Virus record (IMG/VR): IMGVR_UViG_3300008108_000067
Coordinates: 1-64,000 of that record
DNA from: a virus
Direction: 5' to 3' (one strand)
DNA: 64,000 bases
Both the position numbers and the translations under genes were made by a program. Below the pieces are notes generated by a model. That model was given only the letters and a program-made list of their open reading frames with translations. It ran no database searches and was not told the DNA's origin. This document shows, piece after piece, positions 10,223 to 19,626 of the stretch; position 1 is the first letter of the stretch, and each line of letters opens with the position of its first letter.

Positions 10223-10282
10223 AAAAAAGAAAGTGTCCCACTGCCCAATTATACTCTATATAAGTATCAGACAGTGAGACAC
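10223..10282 (-). terminator. Long terminator hairpin after tail tube
   Basis: Minus strand GTGTCTCACTGTCTGAT...ATTGGGCAGTGGGACAC (17 pairs including G-U) followed by TTTCTTTTTT. Confidence 0.7.
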
Positions 10283-10304
10283 ACCTTCTATTTTTAACTA
10301 CTGA

Positions 10305-10799
10305 TTAGTAGTTCAATACACAATAGTCTGGTTGAATTTCTAGTTCGATTGCCACATTGTCTGTGGTTTCCGCCCATTCTAAATCACCAAATGTTGCACG
10401 TGTAATTTGTGCACCCTTGATAATCCATTCTTCAACCTTATCACCTACTGGTCCAAGAACTTGAAGGGTTAAATCTTTCTTATAGAATTCCGCGTATCCA
10501 TCACGACCTGTTACTGATTCGTGATGTAGACGAACCCATTCCATTACTGCTTGTGCGCCAGATGGAACTACTGGATCGTACAACGTAAGGGTCATTGGTT
10601 GCCATACAGAAATACCCTTGACAAAGCGAACGGTATTGATGTGTGGAACCTTAATCGTATCTTGACGAATTTCAGGACGGCTTACTTTCTTAACGATGTA
10701 AGCTGGGATTCCTTCAATTAACATTAAAAAGCGATTTTTAACCTTTGGTTCAAATGCCGTAAAAAATATTTCATTTTCGGCTACTATATTGTTTGCCAT
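10305..10799 (-). CDS. Tail tube protein (T4 gp19-like)
   Basis: FEPKVKNRF...WQPMTLTLYDP...VMEW...YKKDLTL...VEEWIIKGA; directly downstream of the sheath gene. Confidence 0.9.
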   Translation of the reverse strand: MANNIVAENEIFFTAFEPKVKNRFLMLIEGIPAYIVKKVSRPEIRQDTIKVPHINTVRFVKGISVWQPMTLTLYDPVVPSGAQAVMEWVRLHHESVTGRDGYAEFYKKDLTLQVLGPVGDKVEEWIIKGAQITRATFGDLEWAETTDNVAIELEIQPDYCVLNY

Positions 10800-10822
10800 T
10801 CGTATCTCCTAACGGATTTAAC

Positions 10823-10832
10823 TATAAATAGT
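10823..10832 (-). promoter_or_regulatory. Putative late promoter box ACTATTTATA
   Basis: Exact copy, 24 nt upstream of tail tube ATG. Confidence 0.65.
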
Positions 10833-10860
10833 CAGTTTGTTAAAAATATAACCTATTTTA

Positions 10861-13212
10861 TTAAGCCCCAGGGAATGTAGCACCCGTTGGGAGAATGTTG
10901 AATTCGAGTTTGATGAATTCAGCAGTCTTTGTTGGTTGGAGATACAATTGACCAACCAAGATGTTACGGTCAATTACGTCTGGTGTATTATTGGTTTCGT
11001 CCATAATGACACGGAATGCGTATAGACCTGAACGTTCTTGGACGTTTGCCAAATATGGGTTGACGATGTTCAAGAAACGACGACGAGTTGATTCAACGTT
11101 TTGTTCAAATACGAGGAATCGTGCCGAACTTGCGATGAACTTCTTCACTGCGATTAATAAGCGACGAACGTTTACACGGTCAAGTGCTGATGAGCGACGT
11201 TGTAATGTCTTTTGACCCCATACACAAATACCTTGTCCTGGGAATTGTGCGATTGGGTTGACCTTACCATCATACAATTCATCACGTTGTACTTGACTTA
11301 AACGTAACTTAACACCTGCTGCTCCTGGGATTCCACCACGATTCAAACCTGCTGGTGCAAACCATTCTGCTGCTGTGTTGTCACTATATGCGTATACTTC
11401 TGGAAGTACTGCTGATGGTGGAACAAATGCGAATTTGTTTGTATTATCATCTAGTACTCGAATCCAAGGATAGTATGCTGCTGCGTAGTTACTATCAAGT
11501 AATGCTGCTTGGTTGACTGCTGTTGTGATTGTTGAACTTGCTTGTGTTAAATCCATAATATAGAAACAATCACCACGTTGTTCACATACACTTAATGCGT
11601 AGTTAGCTACGTACGGATGTAATTCATAAACAACACCAGGAAGTACCAACAAGTTAATATCGTATGCATCAGGATTGCTAATTGCATCTAATGCTTTCTT
11701 ATATGCTCGTGAACCTGCACTTGTTGCAGTTTGTAAGTTAAATCCTTGTGTGTTATTTGATGTAATACCGTCATACATGTTGATATAACGTGCTGGGTTA
11801 TCACCATCAAATCCACCTTGAAGTGGTACAGTAAACTTCAAATATGCCGTAACTGATGGCGTTGTTAAGAAGTTTGCAACTGCTACAGCGTTTCCAGAAT
11901 CGTCATACAATTCATTTGCTGGAAGATTTTCAAGGTTAAATGCTGCACCGCGTGTTACTGAACCACTTGGAAGTGGTGCCAAGTAAGACATATTGGTGTT
12001 AGGTGTATCTGAGTATTGGAATCCGTAGAATTCATTTACATTGTATGTTGCTTGTGTACTGTATCCACGGGTACTTCCAGAAATCCAAGATGAACTAATA
12101 AATGTTGGAATTGGAAGAACTGATCCAGATGTTCCAATTGGTGAGTTCAATGATGCAAATCCGAATGGTAATGCATCTGTTGATACGTTATCAGCACCAG
12201 GTGCCATTTCAACACGAATGAATTGTGAGTTATTACGATAGTCACCTTCAAAATAACGTTCACCTGAACTATTTTCTACTGGTGCACTATTACCAATTCG
12301 TCGTGCGATATAATTTGGACTATTTGGGTCCATACTTAAATTATCATACTGTTCCAATACTGATGGTTGTGCATCGGTATCTGTGAAGTCACGTACTAAT
12401 AATGTAAATGTACCATAGTCACCAGAAATTTGTGCTTTCTTAGGACCAACGATGGAAATCTTGACATCCTTGTTTGCTGCATTACCATCTGTTAATGTAT
12501 GCACCTTAAACAAATTATCGTTTGAACCACCAAGTGTTTGTGATTGTATCCAAGGTGTACTTGCAAAACTATATTTACCGTATGTACTACCAGTTAAGAA
12601 TAGTGCATCGGAACTAGTTACTGCTGACATACTAACGGAAGCACCTGCCATTGTAATTGCTTCTGGGAAGATTCCGTAGATATATCCGTTCTTTGCGCCT
12701 GTTGGACCGTAGCCAAGATAATTTCCAATATAAGAAGCTGCGGATGTTGTTGTACTGAGTCCTGTTGTTGTTACATCCGTGACTGCTGATGAAGAAATGG
12801 TAAGTGAGAAATTACTTGCTGGCCCCGTTGCATTAATTGCTTCAATACTACTACCCGATACTGTTGGGTGGATAACTGCGTAAACAAATGAACCACTCGT
12901 ACCGGTAGCTGTTAAAATTGCTGGTGTTGCTGTGGTTGGACTATATCCGTCCAATCCAAGAACACGAACAACTGTTGCTCGTCCTGATTCTCTGAGATAA
13001 TTCTTAACAGTTAATCCCAAAAATGACTTTCCATCAGGTGTTCCAAATACGTTTTCAAACGCTTGTTGATTTTCAACAATCGTTGGAATAAAAGCTGGAC
13101 CTTTTGGTGTTGGTCCGATAAATGCTCCAGCAATTTCACCAACGCCTTGTTCTAAGAAACTAAGGTCACGTTCTTGTGTGAAAACGCCAGGACTCACAAT
13201 GCGTTCTGCCAT
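10861..13212 (-). CDS. Tail sheath protein (T4 gp18-like)
   Basis: N-terminal SPGVFTQERD; C-terminal WFAPAGLNRG, WGQKTL, RVNVRRLL, PTKTAEFI. Confidence 0.95.
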   Translation of the reverse strand: MAERIVSPGVFTQERDLSFLEQGVGEIAGAFIGPTPKGPAFIPTIVENQQAFENVFGTPDGKSFLGLTVKNYLRESGRATVVRVLGLDGYSPTTATPAILTATGTSGSFVYAVIHPTVSGSSIEAINATGPASNFSLTISSSAVTDVTTTGLSTTTSAASYIGNYLGYGPTGAKNGYIYGIFPEAITMAGASVSMSAVTSSDALFLTGSTYGKYSFASTPWIQSQTLGGSNDNLFKVHTLTDGNAANKDVKISIVGPKKAQISGDYGTFTLLVRDFTDTDAQPSVLEQYDNLSMDPNSPNYIARRIGNSAPVENSSGERYFEGDYRNNSQFIRVEMAPGADNVSTDALPFGFASLNSPIGTSGSVLPIPTFISSSWISGSTRGYSTQATYNVNEFYGFQYSDTPNTNMSYLAPLPSGSVTRGAAFNLENLPANELYDDSGNAVAVANFLTTPSVTAYLKFTVPLQGGFDGDNPARYINMYDGITSNNTQGFNLQTATSAGSRAYKKALDAISNPDAYDINLLVLPGVVYELHPYVANYALSVCEQRGDCFYIMDLTQASSTITTAVNQAALLDSNYAAAYYPWIRVLDDNTNKFAFVPPSAVLPEVYAYSDNTAAEWFAPAGLNRGGIPGAAGVKLRLSQVQRDELYDGKVNPIAQFPGQGICVWGQKTLQRRSSALDRVNVRRLLIAVKKFIASSARFLVFEQNVESTRRRFLNIVNPYLANVQERSGLYAFRVIMDETNNTPDVIDRNILVGQLYLQPTKTAEFIKLEFNILPTGATFPGA

Positions 13213-13231
13213 ACGGAATCTCCAATATTAC

Positions 13232-13507
13232 TTATTGCTCAGGGGTAAATACACCAGTTTCTACATCCAAAGAACCCATTCCATATTTTTGTAAAAGAGT
13301 ATCAATTAATTCTTTCTCTTTAACCAACAACTCTTTATATTTTGTTGTTTGTTCAGATAATTTTAGTTTCGTATTAGTTAAATCTTCCTCAATTAAATCA
13401 TGCGTTAGTTTTAATTGACCCACGGAAGAAATAACATTAACAATCTCATCTCGCAAACCTTTAACAGACGTTAATTCTTCGTCTGTTAACTTCTGTACTT
13501 CACTCAT
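13232..13507 (-). CDS. Hypothetical coiled-coil protein
   Basis: 91 aa, strong RBS AAGGAGG, TATTTATA box upstream. Confidence 0.6.
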   Translation of the reverse strand: MSEVQKLTDEELTSVKGLRDEIVNVISSVGQLKLTHDLIEEDLTNTKLKLSEQTTKYKELLVKEKELIDTLLQKYGMGSLDVETGVFTPEQ

Positions 13508-13538
13508 ATAACCTCCTTAAAGATATCTGTACTCGTAT

Positions 13539-13546
13539 TATAAATA
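13539..13546 (-). promoter_or_regulatory. Putative late promoter core TATTTATA
   Basis: TATAAATA on + strand, 32 nt upstream of ATG 13507, heading the sheath/tube genes. Confidence 0.55.
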
Positions 13547-13572
13547 TAGATTATTTTGTCCAAACCTTACTT

Positions 13573-14382
13573 TTAACCTTCTTCTATCTCTGAAAATGTA
13601 ACGATTTTTTTGGTAGAGAATCGTTGTTGAGAAGTTTGCATAATTTGGTTGGTCTTGTTAACCATTCTTTCTGGTAACAGATATGCCGAAACAGACAAAT
13701 TAAAACTGGTTCTCACTAATCTATCTTGTACATCTGGGAGTACCGTATCGGTTTTGTATTCGTCTATTCTAGTTCTAAATTTATATTGTCCTCTATCACC
13801 CCAATATTCATCATCTTCGAATGATATTTGTTCTATAAGACGATTCATTTGTTCCATATATTCCGTCCATACCATACACTCATACGTAAGGTCGAAATAG
13901 TCTGGTGTGATTGTCGTAACGTACTGTTTAACGGGCTTAATGCCGTTTACGGCCGCAAATCTATCGTAGGGGTTATATTTGTTCCATCCTGTTTCAAACT
14001 CACGTTCTAAGTACTTGTTTACGGGTGAATTGGTACTCAGATTCTTCTTCATACTAGTTCTACGAATCATAATAATTGGTAATTGTATTTTACCTTTATT
14101 ATCTCGTAATATACCATCACGTTGAACACTTTTCCAACGTTCCGGATTACCGTAAATAATCGGAACTTTCACAGACTTGGAATCTTGTGTTAAAATAGGT
14201 TGTATTCGATTTGTTAAATACTTTATAAGAGTATCGTCAATAGTTAATAGTGTAACAGTAATCGGAGTATCACTATTTTCCGTTTTGGTATCGTATCCAC
14301 GATTTTGTGTAGGTGATGGTACGATATTATCGGTTACTTTTTTTATCTTATCGGTTGATTTTCTGTTACTGTAATCAGCCAT
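13573..14382 (-). CDS. Tail terminator/sheath stabiliser (T4 gp15-like)
   Basis: KVPIIYGNPERW...LPII...PDYFDLTYEC..WTEY.EQMN..IEQI; located between neck and sheath. Confidence 0.65.
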   Translation of the reverse strand: MADYSNRKSTDKIKKVTDNIVPSPTQNRGYDTKTENSDTPITVTLLTIDDTLIKYLTNRIQPILTQDSKSVKVPIIYGNPERWKSVQRDGILRDNKGKIQLPIIMIRRTSMKKNLSTNSPVNKYLEREFETGWNKYNPYDRFAAVNGIKPVKQYVTTITPDYFDLTYECMVWTEYMEQMNRLIEQISFEDDEYWGDRGQYKFRTRIDEYKTDTVLPDVQDRLVRTSFNLSVSAYLLPERMVNKTNQIMQTSQQRFSTKKIVTFSEIEEG

Positions 14383-14840
14383 TATGTGTTAGCCTCCTCA
14401 ATTTGGATATTACTACGACGAGTTAAGTGAGCGTTACACAAAATTGATGTTGTGTATTGTGGTTGACCCGCAACAAGTTGTGTATCATTGACATTATCAA
14501 TTTCATAGTATGCTTCGTCATAAAAAATAATATCACCTGCTTCTGGGTAGGTTTTTACTTGTTCGAGTAATGCACGGACAAATCTAAATTCAACATTTTG
14601 TTCTACATCAACACCAAATCCATCTTTTGTATTACTAATATTTTTTGGATATCGTACAAGTGATTTCAATTCCACACCAGTGTATCTTGCCTTTTCTGTT
14701 GCTTCACCATACAAATTTACCGCAGTAGTTTCTAATGCAATCTTATATAAAATTACATCTACATCAACTACATCACTAACTAATTCACGATTGATGTGTT
14801 GAAAAAAATTAAAATCTTTCTGAGATACGAAACGTGGCAT
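14382..14840 (-). CDS. Neck/head-closure protein (gp14-like)
   Basis: NLYGEA...PEAGDII...YYEIDNV; synteny after the gp13-like gene. Confidence 0.65.
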   Translation of the reverse strand: MPRFVSQKDFNFFQHINRELVSDVVDVDVILYKIALETTAVNLYGEATEKARYTGVELKSLVRYPKNISNTKDGFGVDVEQNVEFRFVRALLEQVKTYPEAGDIIFYDEAYYEIDNVNDTQLVAGQPQYTTSILCNAHLTRRSNIQIEEANT

Positions 14841-14841
14841 G

Positions 14842-16008
14842 TTATCCTATGTAGATAAGTGTTGGAACTTTCTGGTACATTTCTTGCATAAATTTAGCAT
14901 TTTCTGCTTGTTTTTTCATTTGTGCTTGTAATCCAGTTTGTTCTAATGTTTCACGAAGTTCTTTTATCAATTGTTCTTTCATTTCCTTTGCTTCTCTGCG
15001 GAGAAGTTCACCATCCAATTTAATAATTGCGTCTGGGATAGGTATATTTTCGTATTTTGAACGAATCATACCCAATGTTTCTTTAGCCAATGCAAGTGTA
15101 TAATCAAATATCCAAGTTTTTCCTATGGAATTTATTGTGGTATATGGTATATGATTATATGGAACATTGGAATAATCCGATGTCACATTACTTGCTGAAT
15201 TATAAGTTTGATTCGCACCTTGCTTATCACCAACTACTATATAATCAAACCATACGGTAGCTTCTTTCTTAAATATTGGTGAGAATCTAATAACGTTATT
15301 GGAAACTTCAAATGAGTACTGACTTTTACGAATCATATCATTAATTTCAATCGCTTGAATACGAAGTAAATCTTCGTATGCGGGCATCATTACGAAGGTA
15401 ACTGGTGGTGAATATCCATCGAATCCAAACTCTGCCATTAAGTTTGTTAAACCAAGACCCGTGGTTGCAAATGGGTCATAATATCGTGCAACCGCCGGTG
15501 GCATATAGTGGTAGATACGACGAATTTCTATTGCAGAACCACTTTCATGTACGTCAGCCCACAAAGTTTTTAAATCATATGATTGAGTATATGCCGATGC
15601 AGAGATGTATCCTTTCTTTACTTCTACATTACCACCAGATTGTGCTTCCGTACCGTATTGTGCAGATAGTTGAATAATTTGTGGTAATGGTGACCCTATT
15701 ATATTTTTTTGTGTAATGTTATTAGTTGTAGACAATCCTTGTAATGTCAACATGTGTTCCCGAGCGTTAAATTGATTTACTTGGGATCCATATGTTATAA
15801 TTGCATCTTCAAAACACGCATAGAATATTTTATCTGTCAATTCGACATCAACGACACTATATCCCAAACGACGAGAAATATATTCTGCTATTTTTGGTGC
15901 ATCTGATTGAAACGCGGCTTCATCATCAAATATACCAAATGGAGTTATTCCACTTGGATTAACTGGACTGCCATCATATACAATCGGATCATCACTTAAT
16001 ATTGTCAT
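14842..16008 (-). CDS. Neck protein/head-tail adaptor (gp13-like)
   Basis: RRLGYSVVDVELTD...WIFDYTLALAKETLGMIRSKY...LDGELL; follows major capsid. Confidence 0.8.
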   Translation of the reverse strand: MTILSDDPIVYDGSPVNPSGITPFGIFDDEAAFQSDAPKIAEYISRRLGYSVVDVELTDKIFYACFEDAIITYGSQVNQFNAREHMLTLQGLSTTNNITQKNIIGSPLPQIIQLSAQYGTEAQSGGNVEVKKGYISASAYTQSYDLKTLWADVHESGSAIEIRRIYHYMPPAVARYYDPFATTGLGLTNLMAEFGFDGYSPPVTFVMMPAYEDLLRIQAIEINDMIRKSQYSFEVSNNVIRFSPIFKKEATVWFDYIVVGDKQGANQTYNSASNVTSDYSNVPYNHIPYTTINSIGKTWIFDYTLALAKETLGMIRSKYENIPIPDAIIKLDGELLRREAKEMKEQLIKELRETLEQTGLQAQMKKQAENAKFMQEMYQKVPTLIYIG

Positions 16009-16038
16009 AGTATTCTCATAGATAAAAGAACTCTAAAC

Positions 16039-16048
16039 TATAAATAGT
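16039..16048 (-). promoter_or_regulatory. Putative late promoter box ACTATTTATA
   Basis: Exact copy, 31 nt upstream of ATG 16008 and just downstream of the capsid terminator. Confidence 0.65.
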
Positions 16049-16062
16049 AGTTTACTTTATAT

Positions 16063-16095
16063 AAAAAGAAAAAGGGGTGACCTTTCGGCCACCCC
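16063..16095 (-). terminator. Rho-independent terminator after major capsid
   Basis: Minus strand GGGGTGGCC-GAAA-GGTCACCCC followed by TTTTTCTTTTT. Confidence 0.85.
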
Positions 16096-16123
16096 AGTTT
16101 CGTATACCCACCTCTTACATCTA

Positions 16124-17692
16124 TTAGATTGTTGCCAATCCGTCGATGAAGATTTTGCCGAAGAATTCTGGACGTACGATCTTCTTCGCGTAGCGGGTCA
16201 TTACGCCGCGACGTGGTGTGAAGTTGTTTGGATCGTAGACCAATGGGGTCATGATGAGTGGGATATATGGTGCGTAGACTGCACCAGTTTCGAGGAAGTT
16301 ACTTCCACGGAAGCCCATCAACAATGTGTTTTCGGTCATGTATGGGTTCTTGTAGATTGTGTAACGGTTTTGGAATGAACCAACCTTGGTTACGCCACCT
16401 GCAAATTCCATCTTGTCACCGTCTGTTGCTGCCATAAAACCAGGGATGGTTTCGATGATTGTTGCAACTGTTGGTGAAACCACTGCGAAGTTAGCACCGC
16501 CACGCATTGTGAGTTGGTGGATACGGTTACTGACTTTTTGCATCTTCTGACCAAGTGTTTGGTACCAGGTCATGTTTGTCCAAGCTTGACCACTGAGTGT
16601 TGCACTTGGTACGAATGCTGTACCATTCCATACCTTACCGACTTCTGCGTGCCAGTATTCGGTTGTTGTTGCGTTGTTGATTAACATGTCAAGGATTTCG
16701 AGGTCGATTTCTGTTGAGATGTAATCACTTAACATTGCTGTTAATTCTGCTTCTGCGTCAACACTGTGGTATGCGTTCAAGTCTTGTGCAAGTTCTGGTG
16801 ACCAGACTGCCTTCAACTTACGTGTCTTAGCAACGATTGTTTCTGAACGAAGTTCCAAATCAATTTGTGGAATGTTCAAGTTTGTTACTGAGTTGTCACG
16901 ATCTTCGAAGTCACCACGAGTTGTTTCAGTTGGTTGCTTACTGTATTCAACTGCTGTGATTGTTGCTGCAGCTGCTGCTGAACCACTTACGATGAAGGTT
17001 ACGTTTGTACCATCATACTTGGTGAATTCTGGGAGTAAGTCACCTGTTACGGTGTCTGTAATGCGGAATGAACGAACTGCGTTGAAATCTGCATTTGAGA
17101 AACTTACTGCTGGAACAACGAACTTGAAGAATGATGCAAATGATGAAGAATATGCATCGTTATAGTTTACATCACCGTATGAAGTTACAGATGATGATGC
17201 GATTGCTGGAGCAAGTGTTAATGTTGCATCATTTACTGAGTATGCATATTCACCAGCACCGTAGAAACCACCGCGTGGAAGAACACCTGAACCACTGGTT
17301 GTTCCATATACTGAACCACCTGCTGTCTTACCGTTGATTGTGTTTGCGTACTTGAAGTCCATGAAGAATACCAAACCTGCTGGTAAGTTCATTGGTTGGA
17401 CTGATACGAAGTTCTTCGATGCGATTGAACCGAATACCTTACGTACTAATGGAAGTGCGACACCTGCCCAGTTTTCACCAGCTGTGCCCGAACCACCTGG
17501 GTTTGTGGTTGTTGCTTCTGAAAGAAGTTGTGTTGCTTGGTTTTCCAACATTACTGCCATGCCTTGCTTTTCGTGGCCAGTTAAGCCTTCGAGAAGGCCT
17601 GACTTTTCCCACTTGCCTGCCAATTGGCGGGTCTTTTCAACTACCACGCGGTGTGCTGAACCGGCTTCGTTGATAAATTCTGATACTGACAT
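16124..17692 (-). CDS. Major capsid protein (T4 gp23-like)
   Basis: VSVQPMNLPAGLVF, AKTRKLKAVWSPELAQDLNAYHSVDAEAEL, YAPYIPL, FTPRRGVMTRYA. Confidence 0.97.
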   Translation of the reverse strand: MSVSEFINEAGSAHRVVVEKTRQLAGKWEKSGLLEGLTGHEKQGMAVMLENQATQLLSEATTTNPGGSGTAGENWAGVALPLVRKVFGSIASKNFVSVQPMNLPAGLVFFMDFKYANTINGKTAGGSVYGTTSGSGVLPRGGFYGAGEYAYSVNDATLTLAPAIASSSVTSYGDVNYNDAYSSSFASFFKFVVPAVSFSNADFNAVRSFRITDTVTGDLLPEFTKYDGTNVTFIVSGSAAAAATITAVEYSKQPTETTRGDFEDRDNSVTNLNIPQIDLELRSETIVAKTRKLKAVWSPELAQDLNAYHSVDAEAELTAMLSDYISTEIDLEILDMLINNATTTEYWHAEVGKVWNGTAFVPSATLSGQAWTNMTWYQTLGQKMQKVSNRIHQLTMRGGANFAVVSPTVATIIETIPGFMAATDGDKMEFAGGVTKVGSFQNRYTIYKNPYMTENTLLMGFRGSNFLETGAVYAPYIPLIMTPLVYDPNNFTPRRGVMTRYAKKIVRPEFFGKIFIDGLATI

Positions 17693-17711
17693 ATGATTTA
17701 TCTCCTAAAAG

Positions 17712-18905
17712 TTATAGAATGCCTGCGAGTTGTTGTAGACGTTTTGCTACTGTGTTTTCTTCTAAAATTTCTTTCTTTGGCGCGGTACTTGGGGTTGCCT
17801 TACTTGCTAACCCTTCCGTAACCACCTTACTTGATACGGTGCGACCCTTATTCATAGTCTTAGCTGCTACTGACATTGCTTCGACCAATGTTGTGTATAC
17901 CATCTTAACTTCACGAACATTTACTGCACGATCAAATGATTCTAAGATTGTAACTTTTTGTTCGTTGGTCAAACCTTCCTTACGGAAGATTCTGTTGGTA
18001 TATAAGAGTTTTGCGTTTAGAAGATTTACTTCTTGTAGCTTGCCTCGTAGGACATTTACAACCTTACGATATTCTGCGAGCTCATTGTGAAGCGCTGCCA
18101 TTTCAGCTGCCATTTTTTCAGATGATTCTTTTTCTTTTTCATCTTCGGCTTCTAATTCACGGAGAATTGCTTCAATATCAAGTTCTTCTTCGCCTTCACC
18201 TTCTTCGTGACCCTTTTCCATATCCATTCCCATTTCCATTCTTGGTTCGGCTGGATTTACTGCTCTCTTGTGTGGATCAGATGCATCTGTTGCTGCTTCT
18301 GTTTTTCCAATATCTGATGAGTGTGCTGGAATAGTCTTGTCATGAACGTCTGCTGGTGATGCTGCTGGGAGTTTTTCTCCACCTTCTTCACCATCTGCCC
18401 AACTTTCATCCATTTCTTCCTCTTCCTCTTCTTCACCTTCATGCTTAGCTTCGTCGAGTTCTTCTTCTTTTTCCTCTTCTTCAGCTTCTGAAAGTGCCTT
18501 CACATCTGCTTCTAATTCCTTAATTACTTCGTCAAGGTCAAAGTCTGATTCTGACCAGTCATCGTACCAATCAGTACTACTATCAGCTTCTCCCTCACCT
18601 CCTTGATCAATTCCTGATGAATCCCAGGATGCTGCTGAAGGTTCTTTGTTGTCACCTGTGCCGATACCAGATGTATCTTCTGGACCGCCACCTGTTACGT
18701 GAGTTGCGTCTTGGAATGGTTCTTCCTTCGCCTTCTCTTCGGTTTCCATTGTTGCTTCAGCGCGAAGGCGCTTTGCTAACATGGACTTAATTTGGGGTGT
18801 GAATGTTTCTTCCAATGCAATCTTTGCATTTGCGATAGCTGTTTGACGTACAGCTTCTGCATCTGCAATTGCTTGCTTTAGAAGTTCGTTTGTGATTTCT
18901 GCCAT
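17712..18905 (-). CDS. Prohead scaffold/core protein (gp22-like)
   Basis: Acidic, coiled-coil protein immediately upstream of capsid; start chosen at MAEITNELLK with GAGAGG RBS. Confidence 0.75.
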   Translation of the reverse strand: MAEITNELLKQAIADAEAVRQTAIANAKIALEETFTPQIKSMLAKRLRAEATMETEEKAKEEPFQDATHVTGGGPEDTSGIGTGDNKEPSAASWDSSGIDQGGEGEADSSTDWYDDWSESDFDLDEVIKELEADVKALSEAEEEEKEEELDEAKHEGEEEEEEEMDESWADGEEGGEKLPAASPADVHDKTIPAHSSDIGKTEAATDASDPHKRAVNPAEPRMEMGMDMEKGHEEGEGEEELDIEAILRELEAEDEKEKESSEKMAAEMAALHNELAEYRKVVNVLRGKLQEVNLLNAKLLYTNRIFRKEGLTNEQKVTILESFDRAVNVREVKMVYTTLVEAMSVAAKTMNKGRTVSSKVVTEGLASKATPSTAPKKEILEENTVAKRLQQLAGIL

Positions 18906-19035
18906 ATAATGCCTCTCAGTTTGTTTCAATAGTTATTCGAACTATTATACGGTTATTAATACAAATAGCTACACACCCCAAGAGAGGTGTAATCTATATA
19001 ATATATAGTGTTATATTATCAAAAAACACTATTTT

Positions 19036-19254
19036 TTACCACTCGGAAGTTTTTCTTTTTTCCTGTTTCTTTTCTTCACGTATCTTACGACGAAGTGCTT
19101 CTTGTTGTTTTAGAATTTTTTTCTTTGACTTTTTAACATAAAATTCGCGGCGTTTTACTTCATTTACAATTTCCGCTTTTTTAACCATTTTTGAGAACTG
19201 TCGTAACGCTCTATCTAAGTCACCCAGTCCTTCTCCTTTTACTTCAACGTGCAT
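19036..19254 (-). CDS. rpsU: Phage-encoded 30S ribosomal protein bS21
   Basis: 72 aa, basic; V.V...LDRALRQF.K.VKKAEIVNEVKRREFYVKKS matches the bS21 pattern; RBS AAGGAGG. Confidence 0.85.
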   Translation of the reverse strand: MHVEVKGEGLGDLDRALRQFSKMVKKAEIVNEVKRREFYVKKSKKKILKQQEALRRKIREEKKQEKRKTSEW

Positions 19255-19266
19255 ACAACCTCCTTA

Positions 19267-19590
19267 TTATCCAGCTAATGTACTTGAAAGTGATTGTCCA
19301 TCTTCTTCATCCATCTTTTGTACTAACATCTTGTCCTTGTCGGTATCTGAGAACCAGTAGTCAATAATCTTGCCGTAACTACCGATAAATGCACCCAACA
19401 TAAGAAGAAGAATTTCCTTCCATTCTTGATCTAATACAGACTTACTTTCAATGGCCATGGCAATACCAATGGCAATGAATAAAAATGTTGTTAATACGAT
19501 AGCAGTAATGCCCCAACGACGGGACATAGTTTGGTTAAGTAATTGACTAAACTTACTTTCTTGATTAATTGTTTCTTGTTCCGTTGCCAT
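19267..19590 (-). CDS. Two-TM membrane protein (holin-like candidate)
   Basis: Two hydrophobic segments (WGITAIVLTTFLFIAIGIAMAI; ILLLMLGAFIGSYGKIIDYWF) and a charged C-terminus. Confidence 0.5.
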   Translation of the reverse strand: MATEQETINQESKFSQLLNQTMSRRWGITAIVLTTFLFIAIGIAMAIESKSVLDQEWKEILLLMLGAFIGSYGKIIDYWFSDTDKDKMLVQKMDEEDGQSLSSTLAG

Positions 19591-19626
19591 AATCATCTCC
19601 GTTTATGAAACTAAAACATAAGTAGT

